DNA of 58,058 nucleotides, counting the filler, from Sphacelaria rigidula (lineage: Eukaryota), in the NCBI GenBank assembly GCA_964200075.2. It is 9 parts of 9 records of this genome, joined end to end, with 100 filler letters (N's around TTAATTAATTAA, not from the genome) between each part and the next. Parts side by side here need not be neighbours in the genome. Positions count along the whole stretch, not along the records: positions 45,237 to 51,597 come from CAXNAA020020530.1; positions 51,698 to 58,058 come from CAXNAA020020531.1; 7 more parts are not named here. One strand, given 5' to 3'. Shown here piece by piece: positions 49,901 through 58,058 of this stretch. Made by a program: the position numbers and the translations under genes. The first letter of the stretch is position 1. Each line of letters begins with the position of its first letter. A model generated the notes under the pieces. The model was not told the origin of the DNA, did not search any database, and saw nothing but the letters and a program-made list of their open reading frames with translations.

Positions 49901-51208
49901 GACTGCGGGCTCAAAACCGGTCAGGGACGTTCCTGTATTGTTGTCTATACATGGGTGCTACATTCACGTGTCGCAAAAATTATATCCACCTATGTAGGTG
50001 GATCCTTGTTTCCACCGTATCCTTTTTTTCACTCGGGAGCCCACATGTTTTTAATCAGCTGCCCGTTACGCATGTGTGCAAACAAAGTGAAGCCTTCACG
50101 TTTAGTACCGTGGTGCAGGCAGTAGTCAGTAGCCATATCCTTTGCATCTGCATCCACTGCCATGGATGTGCAGCTGCATATGAAGACGGTATAGTACTGT
50201 GTTGTATTGGCAAAGCACAGCTACCTACTGTGCTCGCGAGTACAACCCGTGCTGCAACCTGGCAGAGTACAGCCTGTACTCGGACATGGAGTAGTACAAG
50301 ATAACAAGTACAAACTACAGCTGTACCGTTTTTGCAAAGTATAGCCTATAGTTGTAATGTCGTACTGCTCGCAAAATCCACGGCCTGTATCGTGAACACT
50401 CTTGCCTGCTGCAACACCCTGGCACTGATCGTACTACTTTTATACCGTCAAGTCTACATCGTACAGAATGTATCATGCTCATCATCTCGAGAAAAAAATG
50501 CCATCATCCACGGCACCACCGGAGGATGACAGATCGAAGTGGGAGTTTTCCGTCGTGCTCAACGTTGAGTCGTGCTGGCTGGACTTCGATACTCCGTCGG
50601 TCCTCTTTATAATTGTTTCTGCTGTATACACTCATTTAAATCGTCTTGTCTGCTACGTACTTACCGTTTCCTTTGAATTGTGCAATCATTTTTTATGGAC
50701 GTTTAGAGTGGGAGGGAGGTTGGGGGTTGCCATTCCGGCCTAGATGTTAATCATCGAGAGATTGAAGTTAGGACCGATAGATTGATGAAGGTAAGACATC
50801 TCAGGTGCATTCTTTGCCCACGGTGGCGTGTTCACACGCATTTGTTTAGTTGGTTTTTGGGCGGGAGGCCCTGATCCCAACAAATTTCATTGAAGAAATG
50901 TCCAACATGGCATTATCCAACCCAGTCTACATGCGGTTTTGTCGTGCCACACAGGCACATGGAACACCTCTAAGGGAATCTGCACAGTGGCCGCAGGCGG
51001 CGCATAGGCAATATGCGCAATTTATGCGCATGATATGCCCACTAGGCCTTTCACAACCCAAAAGAAACGTCTTCAAAAGCACAGAATGTAGGCGCAAAAA
51101 TCGGAATTACGCGAAGCCTTGGGCGCACAAGAGAGGCGAAAGCCAAAATATTATTGCTGAGTTGGGTTTCTCACCGTGATGGGCTCGCAAGACCCTATTC
51201 GTGAGATT

Positions 51209-51597
51209 CAGAGGGTAGTTTCAGATCCTAAGTGGATAATCTAGCGTTCCGAACAGGAAACCTTTTCCCCTTTTTTTTGCTTGAGCACACGTGCTGTGCA
51301 TGCAGCTACCGTACAGTACCCCATTCAAATATTTCGGCGGTCTGGTTGGTGAGATACTGCACAGAGCATTTTTACGCCTAGGGGGGGGGCATTTCGGAAC
51401 TGAAACTGTTTCAGGCACCGATCGGTTTTTCCTGAAGGAGGGGATACTCAGTTGCGATCAAGTGATGTAGGTGACTGCTCTCATTGAAGTCACCGCTTCA
51501 CCAGCTGGACGCATTACTCCTTGAACTGTGGCGACGTCAAAATCGACGGGAAAGTCGATTGTTTCGGGTCTCACTCTGAATCTGAAACTACCCTCTG
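51209..51597. mobile_element. MITE with a perfect 18-bp TIR
   Basis: CAGAGGGTAGTTTCAGAT ... ATCTGAAACTACCCTCTG; the right end abuts the gap. Confidence 0.78.
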
Positions 51598-52535
51598 NNN
51601 NNNNNNNNNNNNNNNNNNNNNNNNNNNNNNNNNNNNNNNNNTTAATTAATTAANNNNNNNNNNNNNNNNNNNNNNNNNNNNNNNNNNNNNNNNNNNNCTT
51701 GTTTTGTTGTTGTTCCTTTTTTTCTGTTGTCCTACTGCTCCCATTGTTCACGCTTGCTTGTGGGGGTGTTTGGTGGGGGGGGGGGGGGAAGGTTGATGAG
51801 CGCGTTAAGAATTTGTTTTGTGTCGGACAGGTTGGGGACTAGGGTCACACAATGTAGATGAAGAAATGCACTGCCAGAGCCCTGCAAGGTTCACTCCTGG
51901 TCACGTGCATGGCCGCCGAAACGAAGCCGAGTCTTGAGTACGGACAGAGAGGCCTCAACGCGTCAAATGTTCAGATTTCTCGGGCAACACCTCATCTTGC
52001 TGGCGCCCTTTCTGTGTGAGATCAGAATCAGTACGAGAAGTAACCTCCCCCACGATTCGAATCAGTACGAGAAGTAATCTCCCCCAAGATTCGAACCTCC
52101 CGTACAGGGGCGAGCTAAAGTGAAGAGGTGTACTTCTTTACATTCTTGATGGCTGAAGAAGATGCGATTCGTTTTCAGGGGGAAATTCCGGCAACAGTGG
52201 TACGTGTGATGCCCCCGTTCATCTCTTGTGGGCTTCCCATCTGCACGATACTGGTACGTAAGCTCACGCACTGTCTAGGGGTTGAACGCCCCCGCACCGT
52301 TGGCCATATAGTCAATATGTTGATGTATTTCAAAAAGGAAAATAATAAATTCAGCCAAGCTGAGCCCCCTTCTATTTGAAGTTCGATTGTTTTCACAGTC
52401 GACGTTATGATATTCTGCATGAGCGAAGTGTACTATGCGGGCCTTCTTCTTTTTTTTCCCCACACCTACAAGACGCCCGTTGGAGCACTCGGGGCACACA
52501 GGGGGCTATGTCTTCAATATATCTAGATGAAATAG

Positions 52536-52799
52536 TGATGCCGCGTTCCCCCCCCCCCCCCAAAAAAAAAGCCCCAACAGTATCGCGGAAAAATAGCCAC
52601 ATAGCGCATGATGGCTGGTTTCTGGCTGCATGAAGCGCCTCATATGGGCGGCATTGGCGAAAACGATCGCAAGCATGAGAGTTCCCAGCTTCTCGGTGTG
52701 ATCGGCTTTCGTCATTTTGATTTACACGTAGATTTTGCCTCGTCAAACCGGCCACTTCTCTGGGGGGCAGGGAGGGGAGGGGGGGGTATCGCGGCATCA
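52536..52799 (+). mobile_element. MITE family B copy
   Basis: TGATGCCGCG...CGCGGCATCA termini; homologous to 14639-14887. Confidence 0.78.
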
Positions 52800-52863
52800 G
52801 TCAATTTCAAAATAAAGATTTCGGGTACCGTGCTGCCTTTTTGCTGCCCATTTTCCTTGGCAG

Positions 52864-53375
52864 ATCTTGGGACATGTGGGGCCCACCGCCATTCACGCGG
52901 TCCACGCACACGGCAGCACCAAAGAAGCACACGCGCATTCCAGCCTAAGACACGCGAACAGCAGCATCGCCAGACACGCCGTCGCCGCCGGCACCGTGGA
53001 GGAAATCTCTTCGGCCATTTCCGGGGCAAACATGACCCCACATAGCGGGGGCGCGAGCGGGCACGGGCTCGCACGACATAATACCGGCACGCATTCACAT
53101 ACGCACGGCGGCGCACACCCACATTTACGCTCGCATGGTAGTAGTAAGCATATACACTCGCACGCTCGTGGCAGCTCACACTTGCATATACATCATCAAG
53201 GCAGTGGTGAGGTGGGTTCGCCCGTCCCGGGTGACGGCTCCACCCCTCATCACAGCCCTCACCAGCGAACGCACACGAAGAAAACGGGACTGTTACACCC
53301 TGGGGATACGGGTTTACGGGAGGCGGGTGGTATTGGGGCATCGGGTACACCGGGGGCACCGCTGTTGGCGACAGG
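52864..53375 (+). CDS. Histidine/glycine/serine-rich internal exon of an unknown protein
   Basis: Pyrimidine tract plus CAG acceptor and GG|GTGGGT donor; ~170 open codons (HSHTHGGAHPHLRSHGSSKHIHSH). Confidence 0.62.
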
Positions 53376-54293
53376 GTGGGTGATCATTACGAGAAGATCA
53401 TGTGCTCCTTTTTTCATTGGAATATGGCATATATATATGCGAGGGCGAGGATGTATGTGCGGAGGCGTCCTGAAAATTCAGTGCTGTGTGTGACCAGGCA
53501 TCTATCTCTGTGTACTGCTGAGTAGATGCATGCGAACTCGTTCGTGCGTTTACGTTTGCTGCACTTCCGATAATCTTTTTGACGTAATTGGTTTTGATGA
53601 TTTATCATTGATCGCGCTATCGTTCATCATCATCGTCCTCGTGAATATCATTGATAGCACAACGTACTACGAATATTACTATGAAATCAATCACAGTGAG
53701 CAAAGTGGAAAAATATGTCATTAACGGTTGATTTATGGGACGACGAGCTAGTTGGAGAAACGGCGAACACAGCTGAAATAGCAACAAAATACCCTGGGTA
53801 TTTTCGCAGTTATAGCACGTATATCAAGATTTTCCATTGCACGCGCACCGTGCGAGCTTAGATCAACGCGTAGGATGTTGCAATGACGTGATACGCACAG
53901 ATGTAAGCGAAGACACGCAGCGTGCGAGCTGAAAGTCCACCGTGAGGACTCAAGCATAGCCTCAACAGAAGCGGTTGATACAGCACGCGCAGGTCATCCC
54001 GCAAAAATGGCAAACCCCAAAACCCCAACTGGCGCTCGTTTTTCACCACTCACCCTCATATCCACGACGATTCGAACATGGTCTTGTTTTGTAGACACCG
54101 GTTAAGTACGGTACACATCACTCAAGAGATCGTTGGATTTGTTGATTTCTGAAGACGGCATGCGATGGAGCCTTTCCAGACCGTGCTGTGCGCGTTGGTG
54201 TGCGGTGCTCGCGCTCGCACCTGTCCTCTAGGGATGATGACCGCCTGAAGTACGTTCTCGTGGCCTTCATATACAGGACTGAATCTACATGAG

Positions 54294-54532
54294 ACACTTT
54301 CTACGATAGCCCACCCAAAAAAAGTGCGTGGTTTTGGAAGGCAAAATCTTCACATAAATCGAAATGGGAAACGCCGAGCACAACGAGCAGCTGGGAATTC
54401 TCACGCTTGGGTTCGTTTTAGCCAATGTCGCCATGAGGCGCTTCATGCGGCCTGAACTCCAGCATCAGGCGCTGTATGGCCATTTTTGTGACACTTTTGG
54501 GCTGGTTTTGGGGGGGCTATCGTAAAAAGTGT
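54294..54532 (-). mobile_element. MITE family A copy
   Basis: Same TIRs as 4975; perfect 6-bp TSD CATGAG. Confidence 0.85.
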
Positions 54533-54704
54533 CATGAGGTGACCATTATTCCGCGGATAGTGCGTGGTGTAGTAGCATGATGGGCTACAATAGGGTTTGG
54601 TATCTGGCGAGTTTTAAGGAGTGTCTTCTCCACCGCTCTGATGGGTTCGAGTAACGTTCATACGCCGAACGTTTCTCTCGCGATGGTTGCAAGCCTCGGA
54701 CCAT

Positions 54705-54845
54705 CGACGATTCGTCTGAAAAGTACTTGCTTCCAGTGTAAATGATTCGTACCGCACGAATCAATCCTTGGGCTTTGTTTCCATAGTTTCAGTCCAGGTA
54801 CGCGCACCTCAGGTACGCGAAATAGCGCAAAAATTGCGTAGAGGC
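54705..54845 (+). repeat. Dispersed repeat shared with 19150-19288
   Basis: GATTCGTCTGAAAA...ACGAATCAATCC...CCAGGTAC...GCGCAAAA.TTGCGT occurs at both sites. Confidence 0.7.
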
Positions 54846-55028
54846 GTTATTTGACCCGCGGCCAACGCTTTTCTCTCTTCCGAGCAGTCAGGACCCCAGG
54901 AATCGTAGATTTGGCGATGAGAACCAGCGATAAAATGTTCGTCCCTTGAGTGCTTGTGTGGTGCTTGGACACTTCGCCGAGCGTTGCTATTCTGATACAT
55001 TGTTCCGTCAAATATTTGTCGTAGTATC

Positions 55029-55616
55029 CAAGGTTGTGTTCTGCAAGGTACGGGTACGTTCTGTAGGGTATGAGATTCCTTGCAGAACTTACAGAACTGT
55101 CGGGTACAAAAGGTATCGGTATGAACGTCTTACAGAGCTCACAGAACTGTCGGGTACCGGTATGAAAGTCTTACAGCACTTACAGAACTCGTCGGGTAAG
55201 GTATGAGAGGCTTACAGAAAACCGGTGCCGGCAATCGGGTGACTATATTTGGGCATACCCGCCCCTCGGGTCAGGGTAAAGGTTTTGTGCGGAATTCACA
55301 GAACTGTCGGGTAAGGGTATGGTAGGCTTACAGAACTCACAGAAACTGTCGGGTAGGGTAAGGAGGTTGCACAGAAAACCGTAACCGCCACCGGGTATCT
55401 TATCAAGAGTATACCCGTGCCCCCCGGTAACGATACGGGAGTCTTACAGATATCACAGAACTATCGGGTACCGGTATGAAGGTCTTACAGAGATTACAGA
55501 ACTATCGGGTACCGGTATGGAAATCTTACAGAGTTTACAGAACTGTCGGGTACGGTAAATACCCGGCAAAATACCCCGGGTATACAGAAAACCGTACCCT
55601 ACAAAACACAAACTTG
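55029..55616. mobile_element. hAT-like MITE with internal ACAGAACT(G/A)TCGGGTA repeats
   Basis: TIR CAAG(G/T)TTGTGTT(C/T)TG; degenerate 8-bp TSD gtagtatc/gtgatatc; about eight internal repeat units. Confidence 0.8.
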
Positions 55617-56472
55617 GTGATATCATTACTGACATATATATGCGTGTAGTGTTTTTCCCATCTACTCCGACAGACAACAGGTAGGGTCTGCCCATACCTC
55701 GCCCTATGTGAAGATGTATTCAACACACTCGAGAGGCAAGACGAACGCTAAGGAAAACATGGGGTCGATCAAGAAAACGGAAAAGAGATTCGCATAAAAC
55801 GTGTTATTGGATAGCGAAGCACATACAAGGACCACCAACGGCTATGGACTTCCAATTTTGTCTTACAGAAACCTACGAACGAAGTTCTGCGGAAAGTGAG
55901 CGTATCTACCTAGAGGTAGAATCAACCGGGAAAACGTTAGAGGTGGGAGTAATGAAGACTGACGAGTTCTTCATTCAAGAGTCGAACTTTCGGCGGAAAT
56001 TCTGCTTTCCCCCAGTTTTTTCGCGCTATAATACGATCCATGGAACATGAAATGGCGCGAATGGACGACGGGAATTTCCCGGATGCGAAATGAAATTGAC
56101 TGATGAAACCAATTCTCTACCGTCGAGCTATGTCTGTATATTCATCACATCGCTACATGTTACGAGTTTTGAAGTATTTTCGGAACATTTACCCCTACTC
56201 ATGGTGGGAAAATCGCGTGTCTTTGGCAGTCCGAGGAATGTTTGTGTTTCAGAAATCCGGCGCAAAGTACGAAATCCGACGAAAACAAGACGAGAAGTAT
56301 ATTTTTAGTTCAGGCCCCCCTTATGATGTACCCGCGAAGCTATATGAAACATGTTTATTTTACATTGACCCAGTTATTGCGTTTGTACTTGCAACATTGG
56401 TATCAGCTGAATGTAGTAGTGGAAGGAGGAATATGAGAGACAATCAACGTACCATAGTTGTTGTTGCCTCTC

Positions 56473-56502
56473 TGCTGCTGCTGCTGCTGCTGTTGCTGCT
56501 GC
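56473..56502. repeat. (CTG)n microsatellite
   Basis: Direct sequence. Confidence 0.9.
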
Positions 56503-56700
56503 TCCGACTGCCGTTATTGTTGTCTTCGCTGTTCGCCAAGTTGTATCGGCACTCATCGATTTAATGAAGCCGTAGGATACTACCCCTCACCTTCGGCTCC
56601 GGCCGTTCGGCGAGCAAAACCTCCCCGTGATCGATACTCTTGTCCGTGAAACCAACACTGCCTTTTCTCCCGCGACAGCTTCGAAAACAACCGCACGATC

Positions 56701-57315
56701 AATTGATTGTCGCACTTCAACTGACCCCCCAGGGGTCCAGCCGTGGTGTCATGATAGACGTACCCAACAAAAACGAGACGAGACTGAAACACGCGCTGAA
56801 AAATAAAAGGGGACAGGAAAAAAAAAAAAGTCGAACAGAGCGACATAGCAGACCAAGTCGTAACAAAAAAAGAAGAAGTAATATACCATGTGTTGACGAA
56901 CACCGGGCTTGGATTTGAGACATTTGGGATCAAGGCGGTTCGATCGCCACGAAGTGCTATCTGCGATATTGTCGTTGTACGATTCATCCTCGTCCAGCCA
57001 GCCCCAGTGGTCGGACTAGTATGTCAAAACTCGTTTGGGCGGAGTAGCGGAAGAGGGTTCGAATCCCGACCGACGGTGGAGGCATTTTCTCGATTCTGTC
57101 GTTCGAAATCGTCAGGTCGAGAATTGATTGATTGATTGATTGATTGATTGTCTCACTTTAACTGACCCCCCAGGGGTCCAGCCGTGGTGTCATGATAGAC
57201 CTACCCAAGAAAACGAAACTGAAACACGCTCTGAAAAACAAAAAGGGACAGAAAAAAAAGGAAGAGGGGTCGAAGAGAACGACATAGCAGAGACTAAGTG
57301 TTGTAAAAGAAAATC
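56701..57315 (-). mobile_element. Two copies (56701-56880, 57123-57315) of the (CAAT)n-tailed retroelement end
   Basis: Both contain ACTGACCCCCCAGGGGTCCAGCCGTGGTGTCATGATAGAC after (ATTG)n. Confidence 0.78.
57001..57070 (+). mobile_element. tRNA-like head of a probable second SINE family
   Basis: GCCCCAGTGGTCGGACTAG (A-box-like) and GGTTCGAATCCC (B box); no cloverleaf. Confidence 0.5.
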
Positions 57316-58058
57316 TAGCAGTCGGAGGATGTGAAGTACGTGGATCGTAGGAGTGCTGATTCACTTCTTTCTAGGGGAGTGCATGGCGTGTACCGGTGGG
57401 AAGAGAGGTAAAGAGAGATAGACATGTGTTGACCCCTTAGGAGTGCTGCGAGCGGATTCAGTGTCTGTAGCATCGAGCCGGTGCTTATATTTTCTGCCCC
57501 ACTCCCCCGCACACGTCCCCTCTCTGACTTAAGCGGTATTAAACGCCCGACACACAAGTTTTGGTGCGCATGCTCAGGGGGATTAGCCGTAATCAGGACA
57601 GTGACATATCCGCCCTCACTCACAGCGATACGTGTACGGTGGAGGAGAAGATCTATTCATCACACCCTTCTAGAGATAGCATTGCATTTTAATATATATA
57701 TATGTATGTATGCTAGCGAACATGGAGCACATTCAGCCTCTCAGCTATGCACTGGAAGCATCAGTGCAGTCGATCTATATCGAGGTAGTATACAAATCTG
57801 TTCTATCGTACTTGTTCAACACGAGGCATGTCGTGCTCAAAGCATTCAACAGGCTGGTGAAAAGCAGTATGGTTTGTACTGTCACTGACGGACTTCCCGT
57901 GGAGCCCATTTTTTCGTGTTCATCATCCGTTCAACCCTTTCCCTTTTGGGGCACTAGCGGTTCTCCAGACGAAATTTCATACGAGCTTGGCCAGTCTCAA
58001 AACGGATTTGAGCTCTAAAAGCAATATCTCATCGACACAGACGAGTGGGGCCGTGATC

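Noticed and set aside
52712..53359. 215-aa minus-strand ORF
   Set aside because: It is antisense to the His-rich exon, which has the splice signals, and it runs into a MITE.

Overview
Eukaryotic, intron-rich and repeat-dense DNA, most consistent with a brown alga (Phaeophyceae). This is inferred from TTAGGG repeats, an ASAF plastid-targeting motif, GH81 and POMP-repeat exons. The window is not one locus. It is nine unplaced contigs of 6363-6361 bp in descending length order (1-6363, 6464-12826, 12927-19288, 19389-25750, 25851-32212, 32313-38674, 38775-45136, 45237-51597, 51698-58058), joined by 100-bp N/TTAATTAATTAA/N spacers, so nothing can be inferred across gaps. Host gene pieces: four exons of a GH81 beta-1,3-glucanase, the start of a BTB/POZ gene, a plastid-targeted protein exon, a POMP/beta-helix exon, a His-rich exon and a KEN-box exon. 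Most of the rest is transposon debris: a Ty1/copia fragment with a nested MULE and SINE, a chromodomain Ty3/gypsy pol with LTR, a LINE, a tRNA-derived SINE sharing that LINE's 3' end, and several MITE families. I found no convincing complete novel system. The best leads are the SINE-LINE pair with a covarying 3' hairpin, a TGT...ACA MITE carrying telomeric repeats, a gypsy integrase with a second Tudor-like domain, a hammerhead-like tandem motif, and a decayed intronless, possibly viral, ORF cluster.
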